From: Candidatus Cloacimonadales bacterium
GTDB lineage: Bacteria; Cloacimonadota; Cloacimonadia; Cloacimonadales; JAIOQZ01
Length of the DNA stretch: 64,000 bases
Assembly (NCBI GenBank): GCA_963665815.1
Contig: OY762463.1
Span: forward strand, 3,072,001 to 3,136,000
Direction of reading: 5' to 3'
Shown here: positions 40,402-50,300 of the stretch, piece by piece
How the letters are laid out: each line of letters opens with the position of its first letter
Position numbering within the stretch: the stretch's first letter is position 1
Notes under the pieces: model-generated
The model's database searches: none
Seen by the model: only the letters and a program-made list of their open reading frames with translations
What the model was told of the DNA's origin: nothing
Made by a program: the position numbers and the translations under genes

Positions 40402-43400
40402 CTACTTAAGCAATGTCATCTTAGATGTTTTCTTATAATTTCCGCATTTCATCACAACAAAATAGATTCCGCTTGATACGGATTTATTCCGTTTATCTTT
40501 TCCTGCCCAGACAACCTTATGGTATCCGGCTTGTTGGGCTTCGTCTATAAGTGTAACAACTCTCTGACCTTTCAGATTGTACACTGTAATATTTACATGA
40601 GAGTTATCATTTTCTTTTGATACTGAATAGTTAAGTGTTGTCTCAGGATTAAATGGATTAGGATAGTTTCCTGAAAATTCTGTAATCTTAGGAAGCATTT
40701 CATTGTCATTAATTCCAACAATTTCCACATCTACTGTATCACTACCAATCGACTCATATATTCCATAAAGAGCGGTTACATAGTATTGACTTGTTCCAAG
40801 CTGAGGATCAAGGTCGTTAAAGACTCTTACTCCTAACGGAACTTCTCCAATACTCTGATTATCTTTATAAATTCTATAGCCGGAATGGAATGGTTCTATA
40901 CTGCATTCATCCGGAAAATCAGGAAGTTCCCAGAATAAGGTAACGGCACTTTGCAGAATCTCATACTCAAGCCCTGCCGGAGGTACGAAATAACGTGGTC
41001 TGATACAGATAAATATTGGACCGGCAGCAGGTGATTCGACTTCTGGGGTAACATTAGAATATTTCGCAGTAAGCCAGAACATATGTGTTCCGGTCGGCAA
41101 TTCATCAATTATCAACTGTAAAGAATCAGGATCATTGATTTCACCAACCATATTAGTATTTGAATCCATATAGATTCTGTATCCACTCAGTACCTGTCCA
41201 TCAGGAATGAATGAAGGTTGCAGCCATGTCAGATCAGCACCAAAAATGCTGTAATTAGATGCAGTAAAATATTCAGGAGGATAATATCCATTGAAATCAA
41301 TTTCAGAAGAAATTATTTCAGAATGAGGAGATTCACCGCCATCGTATACTGCAGTTACAAAGAACTCGTAGATTCCGTTTTGAAGCATGCTGTCAAGATA
41401 ATATGTATCTGTAACAAGAGCTTGATTTATCTGAATGCTGTCACGGTAAATGTTATATCCCTGTAGTTCTCTATCTGTTATTCTCACATCAGGTTGATCA
41501 GGCATTCCAACTACAGCTCTCATTATAAAGTTACCATCAGTTTGTACTGACCAGTTCTCATCCTGCACTTTTGAGTAAGACATGTTTGCCGGTTGATCTG
41601 TATCTTTAGCGACTGTGAATGAGTTACCTGTATTCCATTGAACGACAACATAGAAATCTTCATCAACAATTGTGTTAACACCATCTTGAGGATAAGCAGA
41701 TATCCATTGACCTGAATATGAATTTGAATTAGCGTATATCGTATCTGTAAAAATCGGATTCAGCAAATCAGGATTACCACTGCCATCATCAGGGCATACG
41801 GATGCCATAATCTGTTCCTGACTATTAAGTCTGATCCTTGCAAATATTTTTGCACTTCTCACATCTACTGAAATGTTATTAGCAAATTTAACTGCATAAT
41901 ACTCATTCCCTGAAGCCATTCCCGGCCATATCCAGATATTGGGTTCACCATCATCATGCCTGTATTCACTGAGAACCGGGTCTCGTGGTTCAGACCAGGA
42001 TAAAAATACATTATTATATCTCTGTACATTTGCAATAAGATCAACCGGAGGTATTATCTGATCTGTAACAGGTGCAAGCATGAAATTTGCCTGAGTTACA
42101 GCATTATCTACGATTGTTACAAACCTACTGTCAGAATAATAGTTTTCTGCAGAACATGTTACCTGATAATGATTAGTATATATATGAACTGAGTATTGAC
42201 CAAGGGAATCTGTTGTTACTACAGAATCTCCTATTGCTATTTCTGCACCGGTAATTGGAAGAGTGGTTTGTATATCTGTTACTGTTCCATTCAAAGTACC
42301 TGCAGGAATGTGAATACTCAGAGGTATTATGTAATTTATTATCTGATCGTCAGCAATAGTTATCGTTGTATCACTCACAAACGGATCATACCCGATTTTA
42401 CTGCAATTTACAATATGTTCACCTGGAGGAACTGATAAACTGTAAAGTCCATTTTGACCGGAAACTGTCTGTACTCCGTCTATTGTCACTGTTGCACCTA
42501 TAATTCTATTATTGCTGCTTGAGTTATAAACATATCCGGAAACAATTCCTGCAGGAGGTATCATATTCATGGTGAATGAGAAATTCTGAACCGTTCTTGC
42601 AACAACTTGAACAAGTTCAGGATGAGTGTAATCGAAATAATCTTCTACAACGGCTGTTAATTGATACTCTCCATGAGATGCATCAAGAGTATAAAAGCCG
42701 GTTGTATCTGTAACAGCACTACTTCCATTTAATGTTACTGTCACATTGCTGATTGGCAAGCCGGTATCAGCATCTGTCACATAACCCTGCAAGGTTCCAA
42801 TTCTGTCAGTGTTAACAGTAACCGGAAGAATATCAGAAGGTTGACTTGTTCCTTCCTCATAAACAGCTACTACATAATAGTTGTATGCTCCTGTAGTTAA
42901 TCCCTGATCAAAATATCTTGGAAGGGTAACAGCTTCAGTGTTAATCTGTGAACCATCCCGATAAATATTGTATGTAAGCAGATCTCTTCCAGTTAACAAC
43001 CCTTGGGCATTATCAATAGTGTGAACAATAGGATATCTGGTAATTGAAGGATTAAACACAGTAAAAGAAGATCTTTGTTCAAACAAAGAATTTTGTCTTG
43101 TTACAACAGGCGGTACATCAGTTTCATAACTTCCAATCAGTTCAAAACAGAAATCTTTTTCTGCATTTGTTGACAATGGTGGTTCGAGAGCCAGCCAGTC
43201 TGTTCCTAAGGCATACTGCCCACCCGGATTTCTCCATAGCCCCGGTGTCTGGTTATACAGATAAGGAGTAACAACAGCAAATGCCTGAGCTCCGGTTGCA
43301 TTCCAGTCAACAATAGCCTGATATGAAACCCAGTATGTTCCTGAACCCAGATATGTATTGATTGGGAAATCAACCGTGTATGTGTTATTTACTGCTGAGG

Positions 43401-45576
43401 CAGGAGCGGAAGTAAATGAAATTACCTGTTGATCCGGCATTCCTGCGGAATCTGAATAAACTTTCACTAAAAATGAAATTGGCTGATCATACTGAATAGT
43501 CCCCCATGACATCAGCATTTTAATTGATTCGACATGAGCAGAATCCTGAAGAACAAAGTCTGCAGCAGCTACTGAATTGTATCCGGTGTTTCCATTCACA
43601 TAATCCTGAGCATTATGTGCTTCAGTTTCACCTTCATTAAAAATCTGGCTCCATAATGTCCCAGCCGGTTGCCAATGAAGCTGAATATTTTCAAAATCAT
43701 CTATATAATACAATCCTTCAGGTACACCGGGAACACCATTAAATACACTCAATGCAAGTGAAACATCAGTGGTATCCCCACCTGTAACTTCCATAAAATC
43801 GGAAGACATGGCAATATATCCGTCAAGAGCAGCTCTTACCTGAATAAAACCTTCAGGAATATCTTCTATATAGTAGTATCCTGTTGAATCAGTTAACTCA
43901 GTTATATCCCCCACGGATACAACAGCATCCTGCAATGGGAGCATTGTCTCTTCCGATGTAATATAACCTTGAATATAACCGGTTGTATAAGGATCAACAT
44001 TAATTTCTATTCTATAATCACCGTCTTCTCCAACTGCACCATCAACCACAATATAATATTGCCCCGGATCAATCTGAAGATTCATAATTCCTGAGTATAA
44101 CCCAAAATAGTCATCATTATATACCAGATAACTTACATTATCAATAGGCAGATCGACACTGTATATTCCAAGCTTAGTATCAAATGATGAGCCATCAAGA
44201 GAGATATCTATCAGAGTAGGAGCATTGATAAAGATGCTATATACAACATCTTTATAATCTGCTCCCGGTAAATCGTAATTATTGGACATAGAAGAAGTCG
44301 ATCCACTGTCTGCCCAGACTGTGCCCGGAGTAAAGTCTACAACAATTGGATTATAAGCAAAATCCCCTACTAAATGTGTTTTCTCAATTCCAAGATAGAA
44401 ATCACCATTAGCGTTCTCACCATCAATAACTACATAGTATGTACCGGGATCAAGAACAAGATTTCTGAAGCCGGATGAAGTTGTACTGAAATCATTATTA
44501 TGATACAAATAATTATCTGATTGAAATTGAGTAACATTATCATCATATATTGTTATATGAGGATGAAAATTGTCGGATGCTGCGATAATATTGTAATTTC
44601 TCTGTTCTGTAGGGCTCATAACGAATACTACATCTTTTGAGTCTAATCCGGGAGTATCGTAAATATTGTTGAAGTTATCTATACTTATATTAGTTGTAAA
44701 AACCGAATCCTGAATGAAAGCAATACTTAATGGATTCATAACTTCATCACCCTGATATGACACGTACTGCATCTGTAGCTCGAATATACCGGAATTATCT
44801 ACTCCACTGTCGACAACAAGATAGTATCGACCTTCTGTTAAAGGATAATTCTGTATTGCAACACCCTGATCTCCTTCTATCAAAAAGTTTGTAGAATCAG
44901 GATTATCCATACCTGCAGCATCATACAGATAATAGCCAACATCAAAACTAACTTGATTTATTGCGGCAGAAAATAGATAGTTACCTGTAAGATCAAAAGA
45001 ATATACTACATCCTTACCATCAGTACCGGTAAAATTGTAATCGTCCACAAACTGTTGTATAGATTGATTAGTAAAATACTGATGATTATTATCAAAAATA
45101 ACATTATATGGATTTGCATAGGATTCTCCCTGCAAAGGCATATAATCAATCTGTATATGAAAGTTACCCTCAGACGGTCCACTTGCATCAAGTACAATAT
45201 AATAATCATTAGCAGAACTTAATGCCAGATTTCTGAAGGCTGCCTGAAGCCCATAGAAATCATCATTGTAATACAACTGATTATTAGGTGCAGGTACAAT
45301 ATTTGCATTATAGATTGCCAATTTAGTGTCATAGTCCGACCCTTCAGTAGAGATATTTATACTAACATTGTATGGGATCGAAAGAAAATACACTAAATCC
45401 TTACCATCTGCCCCGGGAACATCATAATCGTTATTATATGTAACATTTGAACCGGAATCACTGTACACATAAGTATGAGGGAAATCAATTATAATTGGAT
45501 CAGCTATTGTATCTCCAACAGCTGAAAGAAATGCATACATCAAAATGATTACTGCAATTAACAGATACTTCTTCAT
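40402..45576 (-). CDS. 1724-aa secreted multidomain surface protein (4 N-terminal PPC-like repeats, carboxypeptidase-regulatory-like and FN3-like repeats, FlgD-Ig/T9SS-A-like C-terminus)
   Basis: Signal peptide; repeated GDxxxNP...YDxPGxDxKDVVY...YYxVxD; GYVTD...TDxxGxY; YNIYRD...YYVxAVY; NYPNPFNPETT. Confidence 0.85.
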   Translation of the reverse strand: MKKYLLIAVIILMYAFLSAVGDTIADPIIIDFPHTYVYSDSGSNVTYNNDYDVPGADGKDLVYFLSIPYNVSINISTEGSDYDTKLAIYNANIVPAPNNQLYYNDDFYGLQAAFRNLALSSANDYYIVLDASGPSEGNFHIQIDYMPLQGESYANPYNVIFDNNHQYFTNQSIQQFVDDYNFTGTDGKDVVYSFDLTGNYLFSAAINQVSFDVGYYLYDAAGMDNPDSTNFLIEGDQGVAIQNYPLTEGRYYLVVDSGVDNSGIFELQMQYVSYQGDEVMNPLSIAFIQDSVFTTNISIDNFNNIYDTPGLDSKDVVFVMSPTEQRNYNIIAASDNFHPHITIYDDNVTQFQSDNYLYHNNDFSTTSSGFRNLVLDPGTYYVVIDGENANGDFYLGIEKTHLVGDFAYNPIVVDFTPGTVWADSGSTSSMSNNYDLPGADYKDVVYSIFINAPTLIDISLDGSSFDTKLGIYSVDLPIDNVSYLVYNDDYFGLYSGIMNLQIDPGQYYIVVDGAVGEDGDYRIEINVDPYTTGYIQGYITSEETMLPLQDAVVSVGDITELTDSTGYYYIEDIPEGFIQVRAALDGYIAMSSDFMEVTGGDTTDVSLALSVFNGVPGVPEGLYYIDDFENIQLHWQPAGTLWSQIFNEGETEAHNAQDYVNGNTGYNSVAAADFVLQDSAHVESIKMLMSWGTIQYDQPISFLVKVYSDSAGMPDQQVISFTSAPASAVNNTYTVDFPINTYLGSGTYWVSYQAIVDWNATGAQAFAVVTPYLYNQTPGLWRNPGGQYALGTDWLALEPPLSTNAEKDFCFELIGSYETDVPPVVTRQNSLFEQRSSFTVFNPSITRYPIVHTIDNAQGLLTGRDLLTYNIYRDGSQINTEAVTLPRYFDQGLTTGAYNYYVVAVYEEGTSQPSDILPVTVNTDRIGTLQGYVTDADTGLPISNVTVTLNGSSAVTDTTGFYTLDASHGEYQLTAVVEDYFDYTHPELVQVVARTVQNFSFTMNMIPPAGIVSGYVYNSSSNNRIIGATVTIDGVQTVSGQNGLYSLSVPPGEHIVNCSKIGYDPFVSDTTITIADDQIINYIIPLSIHIPAGTLNGTVTDIQTTLPITGAEIAIGDSVVTTDSLGQYSVHIYTNHYQVTCSAENYYSDSRFVTIVDNAVTQANFMLAPVTDQIIPPVDLIANVQRYNNVFLSWSEPRDPVLSEYRHDDGEPNIWIWPGMASGNEYYAVKFANNISVDVRSAKIFARIRLNSQEQIMASVCPDDGSGNPDLLNPIFTDTIYANSNSYSGQWISAYPQDGVNTIVDEDFYVVVQWNTGNSFTVAKDTDQPANMSYSKVQDENWSVQTDGNFIMRAVVGMPDQPDVRITDRELQGYNIYRDSIQINQALVTDTYYLDSMLQNGIYEFFVTAVYDGGESPHSEIISSEIDFNGYYPPEYFTASNYSIFGADLTWLQPSFIPDGQVLSGYRIYMDSNTNMVGEINDPDSLQLIIDELPTGTHMFWLTAKYSNVTPEVESPAAGPIFICIRPRYFVPPAGLEYEILQSAVTLFWELPDFPDECSIEPFHSGYRIYKDNQSIGEVPLGVRVFNDLDPQLGTSQYYVTALYGIYESIGSDTVDVEIVGINDNEMLPKITEFSGNYPNPFNPETTLNYSVSKENDNSHVNITVYNLKGQRVVTLIDEAQQAGYHKVVWAGKDKRNKSVSSGIYFVVMKCGNYKKTSKMTLLK

Positions 45577-45724
45577 TTTTATCCTCCAAAGACAAAATTC
45601 ATTTTACGCACAAGATAGAAATATTTAAATTATATAACTATAAAATATTACTTATTTCTTCAATGTCAAAAAATAAAGAATATTTGTTTCAGGCAAATAT
45701 TAAATTACGAATTATTATTCCTAA

Positions 45725-47497
45725 TTATCTCCTTTTCAAGTATCTGTCTATACCCAGTGCAGCTCTGTGACCGTCGGCAATCGCAGAAATTGCGTCAGCA
45801 GTGTTGTTTACAGTATCACCTCCGGCAAAAACAATCTCATCATTGGTCTGCATCATATCATTTGTTCTTACTTTATTTCTTCTTGTAATAATTTTATCAG
45901 CCAGTTCTTCTGACAGAAATGAGTGATCCGCAGACTGTCCGATTGCCTTAATTACTGTAGTGTATTTATCTTCATGAGTTTTCCCTTCAATAAGCACGGG
46001 TGATGGTCTTCTTCCACCTTCTTTCTGTACCATTTCAGCTTCACCCCAGATCAGAATACATCCATCAGTATTTTCCTTTATTTCCAGTGGAATTGCCTGA
46101 GGAACCATTCTGACTTTTTCGGCTTTTGCTTCATGGATTTCCTCTTCATCTGCCGGCATGTCTTCGATACGTCTTCTGTATAATACAGAGACAGAAGCTC
46201 CATAGCGTCTGGCAACACGGGCAGCATCCATGGCTACGTTACCTCCACCAATTACAGCTACATTATCTCCGATTTCCACAGTTATACCTTTATTAGTTTT
46301 ATCAAGAAATTCCAACCCGTTTATCACATTCGAATTTTCTTCACCCGGTATTTCCAGTTCATAGGGTTGATCAAGCCCGGTGGCCATAAATACAGCATCA
46401 TAACCTGATACCAGTTTACTGAACTCCTCAAAATTACTTATTCTCGTATTATATTCAACTTCTACTCCAAGTGACAATATGTGATCTATATCTTTCTTTA
46501 ATGCTTCAGGCGGAAGTCTATAATCCGGTACTCCATATTTCAGAGCTCCACCAAGTCCATCGTTACGTTCGAATATTTTCACGGAGTATCCCATACCTCT
46601 CAAATAGAATGCCGCACTTAACCCGGCAGGTCCACCACCGATTATGGCGATTTTCTTATCATTTTCAGGAAATTCCCGATTAAGCACTTCTTTCATCTGC
46701 TCAGAAGAAAACTGATCGATTATATATCTTTTCAACCATCGGATTGAGATTGGATCACCTCTATGGTTCAAAGCACAAACTTCTTCACACAAATGAGTAC
46801 AAATTCTACCGCATGCACCAGATAACGGATTTGTTTCATAAAGAATCTTCAGACCTTTCTCAATGTCTCCGTCTCTTATACACTCGATATAATCCGGGAT
46901 ACTCATGTGAGCAGGACAAGTTGAAATACAGATACCGCAGGAAATACATCTGTCAGCCTCCCTGACAGCCTTTTCCAGTGAATACCCTTTAACCATTTCA
47001 ATAAATGATTTAACAGAGTTCTCTGCATCAAGCATTTCCATTTCTTCACGTTTCAGATTAAGCAGTTCATACTGTTCAGCTCTTTTGTATCCCTTTTCAG
47101 AATTATCCCATGGTTTTTCTTCTGCCCCGGGAATAAATCGAAAAACTTCCGGATCCGTATCAACCCAGGTATACTCATTTGACATCGTAAGCGAGCCTGT
47201 AGGGCAGATATCAACACACAATGCACACCAGCAGCATCTTCCATAATCAATTCGAGGTCTTAATCCACTATCTCCTTTTTGAGTTTCCTGACCTTCTACA
47301 GGCACAAGATCAATTGCTGCATTCTGGCAGATTTCTTCACAGGTTCCGCAACCAATGCATTTATCCATATCATTTATATGAAATCCCCTGTATCTGTCCG
47401 CTCCGGGGCGTTCATCGAGAGGTTTATTTATAACAAAAGGTTTGGAAAATGCTCTTTTCCAGACATATAGTGGTGATAAAACATCTTTTATGCTCAT
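45725..47497 (-). CDS. MbxN/NuoI 2x[4Fe-4S] domain fused to a GltD-like FAD/NADPH oxidoreductase
   Basis: RYRGFH, CIGCGTCEEIC, CCWCALCVDICP; RCISC...CPAH, CGRICTHLCEEVC; GGGPAG; GGGNVAMD, LYRRR. Confidence 0.88.
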   Translation of the reverse strand: MSIKDVLSPLYVWKRAFSKPFVINKPLDERPGADRYRGFHINDMDKCIGCGTCEEICQNAAIDLVPVEGQETQKGDSGLRPRIDYGRCCWCALCVDICPTGSLTMSNEYTWVDTDPEVFRFIPGAEEKPWDNSEKGYKRAEQYELLNLKREEMEMLDAENSVKSFIEMVKGYSLEKAVREADRCISCGICISTCPAHMSIPDYIECIRDGDIEKGLKILYETNPLSGACGRICTHLCEEVCALNHRGDPISIRWLKRYIIDQFSSEQMKEVLNREFPENDKKIAIIGGGPAGLSAAFYLRGMGYSVKIFERNDGLGGALKYGVPDYRLPPEALKKDIDHILSLGVEVEYNTRISNFEEFSKLVSGYDAVFMATGLDQPYELEIPGEENSNVINGLEFLDKTNKGITVEIGDNVAVIGGGNVAMDAARVARRYGASVSVLYRRRIEDMPADEEEIHEAKAEKVRMVPQAIPLEIKENTDGCILIWGEAEMVQKEGGRRPSPVLIEGKTHEDKYTTVIKAIGQSADHSFLSEELADKIITRRNKVRTNDMMQTNDEIVFAGGDTVNNTADAISAIADGHRAALGIDRYLKRR

Positions 47498-47521
47498 TTT
47501 TTCTCCATCTCAGTTAAATCA

Positions 47522-48658
47522 TTACCGTTCAATTTCCGGAGGGTACGTATGCAGGGATGTCATCAATCCCGCAATATCAGATATATTGACACCTTCTGCA
47601 AGATGCTCCATAAGACATACAGCATGAGTATAACTCGGTCCTCTTACATTTACTCTTCTTGGATATTCAGATCCGTCAGTTACAACATAGAATCCGTATT
47701 CACCTCTTGTACACTCTGCCTTTACGTAGGTTTCTCCGGCCGGAATCTTCCAGTGAAGAACATTAGGCAGTTCAGTATGAAAAGCTCCTTTTTCAGGGAT
47801 ATGACGAAGTATCTGCCTGATCAATGAAACAGACTGCTGCATTTCTCTATACCTGAGTAAAGCTCTATTAAATGCATCAGATTTATTATCTGTCTGAATA
47901 TCAAATTTCAGTTCTTTATACATAACAAAAGGAGTATCTTTTCTGACATCTCGCAGCATTCCGGCAGCTCTGGCATTAGGTCCTACAATTCCGTACTCAT
48001 CTATCATATCCTGAGTTATAAGCCCCAGATCAATTGCTCTATCTTTAAATACTGCATTCTGGAACATTACCTTGTGAATATCATCAAGCAATATTTCAAT
48101 CTTATCCATTGTATCAAGAACTCTTTGAGCAAAACCTTCCGGCATATCTCCTCGAACACCTCCCGGCAGCATATACATATGATAAACGCGACCGCCTGTC
48201 AATTCTTCAAAAAGATCCAGCATATAGTCTCTGTGAGCAACCGCCCACTGACCTACTGTTCCCTGACCGAATGCACCAGCCTGTCCTCCGATCCACATAA
48301 GAAAACTCGTAAGACGGGACATTTCAAGATTCAGTGTTCTCAGCCATAAAGCCTTTTCCGGTACTTTTATTCCTGCCAGATCTTCTATGGCAGCTGCAAA
48401 GCAATATTCGTTAAAATCTGGTTCAGGTACAGCAATTCGGCAAACCAGAGGAAAACACTGAATAAACTTACGTCTTTCCATAAGTTTTTCAAAACCTCTG
48501 TGCAGATAACCAACATGTGTTTTGCATTCGATAACTTCATCACCGCAAATAGTGAGTTCAAGAGACATGTTTCCGGTTATACCCGGATGGTTAGGTCCCT
48601 GCCATATTTTCAGATATTTATGAGAACTTAAATCCGTATATTTTTCTTTTTCAGACAT
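47522..48658 (-). CDS. mbxL: MbxL/NuoD-like large subunit
   Basis: GPNHPG, GYLHRGFEKLME, RIAVPEPD, TGGRVYH, RGEYG, RGPSY. Confidence 0.85.
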   Translation of the reverse strand: MSEKEKYTDLSSHKYLKIWQGPNHPGITGNMSLELTICGDEVIECKTHVGYLHRGFEKLMERRKFIQCFPLVCRIAVPEPDFNEYCFAAAIEDLAGIKVPEKALWLRTLNLEMSRLTSFLMWIGGQAGAFGQGTVGQWAVAHRDYMLDLFEELTGGRVYHMYMLPGGVRGDMPEGFAQRVLDTMDKIEILLDDIHKVMFQNAVFKDRAIDLGLITQDMIDEYGIVGPNARAAGMLRDVRKDTPFVMYKELKFDIQTDNKSDAFNRALLRYREMQQSVSLIRQILRHIPEKGAFHTELPNVLHWKIPAGETYVKAECTRGEYGFYVVTDGSEYPRRVNVRGPSYTHAVCLMEHLAEGVNISDIAGLMTSLHTYPPEIER

Positions 48659-48660
48659 TT

Positions 48661-49131
48661 TTACTCCATGAGAGCTTTTGTAATAATTGATTTTTCATCT
48701 GCTGCAACTTTTCTGGTTACTTTGGAGATATCTCCACCAAATAATTGTCCCATCAGCTTAATATTCATGGAAGCTATATTGACTTTACCTTCTCTGTCTT
48801 GAAATACGGCAAGTCTGCAAGGCATTATTGCAGTAATGAACATATTTTTGTCTTTAGAAAGAATTTCATTTACGTTATCCGGTTTACATATTGAAAATGT
48901 TACAACTCTTACGTTAGTATTGTAACCAAAATTCCTCATACATTCATCAATCTCATAGATTCTCTGAATTTCCCATTCATGATCCAGAATCGAATTTTCG
49001 ATTTTTGAAACAGTCTGATCGAATGACAGTTTCGAAGGCACAACCTTAATCATGGCAGGAGGTCCGAACTTAAGCACAATTACAAGTGTAAGTATTATTC
49101 CAACAGCAAAGCCAATAAAAAATTTCTTCAT
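48661..49131 (-). CDS. DUF302 family protein with N-terminal membrane anchor
   Basis: SKLSFDQTV, SICKP, MPCRLAVF motifs. Confidence 0.78.
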   Translation of the reverse strand: MKKFFIGFAVGIILTLVIVLKFGPPAMIKVVPSKLSFDQTVSKIENSILDHEWEIQRIYEIDECMRNFGYNTNVRVVTFSICKPDNVNEILSKDKNMFITAIMPCRLAVFQDREGKVNIASMNIKLMGQLFGGDISKVTRKVAADEKSIITKALME

Positions 49132-49671
49132 TTATTTATCCTCATTAAGTAAATCGTTTTTGTATAACTGATCTTTCATATATTCAGCCGGATCGTTTGT
49201 AGTTCTTCCCGGTCTTGGGAAATAAGTCTCTTCAGAGTATTTTTTTGTATCAAAATCTCTTCTGTATGGCGGTATACCGTCCCATCCTTCAAGAATAAAG
49301 GGATCGTCGAGTCCAGGGCTGCCAGGAAACTCAATACCAAACATCTCTTTCAACTCGCGCTGATATGTTTTTGCCTGTTTCCATAACTCATGTATGGACA
49401 CCATTTCAGGTTTATTGCGATCAATAAAAACTCTGATAGCAATATCATGGGCAGTCTTGTAGTTATGAACAATATATGTGAGTTGAAATTTCTCATGCTC
49501 CAGATGATCAACTGCAGTTATCAGTACAAGATGAGTATAATCAAGTTGAAACTTCAGTTCATAGAACAGCGACAGAAGGCTTTCTTCTTTTATTGTAATA
49601 AAGCTTACATACTCTTTATCAACTCTGTCTGAGCCACTATATTTTTTAAGTAATCCATCTAAAAAGTCCAT
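49132..49671 (-). CDS. mbxK: MbxK/NuoC-like subunit
   Basis: ITAVD, RELKEMFGIEFPG, PPYRRDF. Confidence 0.85.
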   Translation of the reverse strand: MDFLDGLLKKYSGSDRVDKEYVSFITIKEESLLSLFYELKFQLDYTHLVLITAVDHLEHEKFQLTYIVHNYKTAHDIAIRVFIDRNKPEMVSIHELWKQAKTYQRELKEMFGIEFPGSPGLDDPFILEGWDGIPPYRRDFDTKKYSEETYFPRPGRTTNDPAEYMKDQLYKNDLLNEDK

Positions 49672-49687
49672 TAAATCTCCTGCTATC

Positions 49688-50275
49688 CTACCAGCTATAG
49701 TCCGGCATGTCCCAATGTTTTATAATTTTCTTCTGATTCTCTTTATACCAGTCGAAGTTTTCAGCATAATGGTTTGCACCTTCAGCCTTTCCTTCTCGAA
49801 TCAGTTGTTTAAGCTTCTGAAATCCGGCAATAATTGATTCCGGTCTGGGCATACAGCCTGCGATGTAGACATCAACTGGAATATAATGATCAAGCCTGTT
49901 TATAGTATTATAGCTATCCCAATACATACCGCCGTTAATTGTACAGCTTCCCAGCCCTATTACAAATTTTGGATTCTGCATCTGCTCGTATGAACGGATA
50001 ATTCTTTTGAGGGTTTTTACAGAAGCATATCCTCCAATGATAAAGACAGAAGCTTGTCTTGGAGTTGGTCTTGCCGCAATACCATATCTGTACATGTCAT
50101 ATCTTGCTGTCATCAATGGTCGCAGTTCCACAGCACCGCACCCCGTACCAAAACCAAGAATCCATAATGAATTAGCTCTCGCCCAGTTCAGGAAGTTCTC
50201 AACATATTTGTTCAATGCTTTAACCGGTTTCGGTCTCTCCTGACAGAAAAGTTCGTTGTTCATATTATCATTCAT
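49688..50275 (-). CDS. mbxJ: MbxJ/NuoB-like Fe-S subunit
   Basis: WARANSLW, GTGCGAVE, GSCTINGG, PVDVYIAGCMPRPE. Confidence 0.9.
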   Translation of the reverse strand: MNDNMNNELFCQERPKPVKALNKYVENFLNWARANSLWILGFGTGCGAVELRPLMTARYDMYRYGIAARPTPRQASVFIIGGYASVKTLKRIIRSYEQMQNPKFVIGLGSCTINGGMYWDSYNTINRLDHYIPVDVYIAGCMPRPESIIAGFQKLKQLIREGKAEGANHYAENFDWYKENQKKIIKHWDMPDYSW

Positions 50276-50300
50276 ATATCACCTGACAATTTTCTATTTG

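Noticed and set aside
45725-47497. Glutamate synthase small subunit gltD
   Set aside because: No gltB nearby; fused to a NuoI-like domain at the end of the mbx operon
47522-50275. Group 4 [NiFe] hydrogenase (Mbh/Ech)
   Set aside because: No RxCxxC or DPCxxC Ni-binding motifs in the large subunit; no maturation genes in the window
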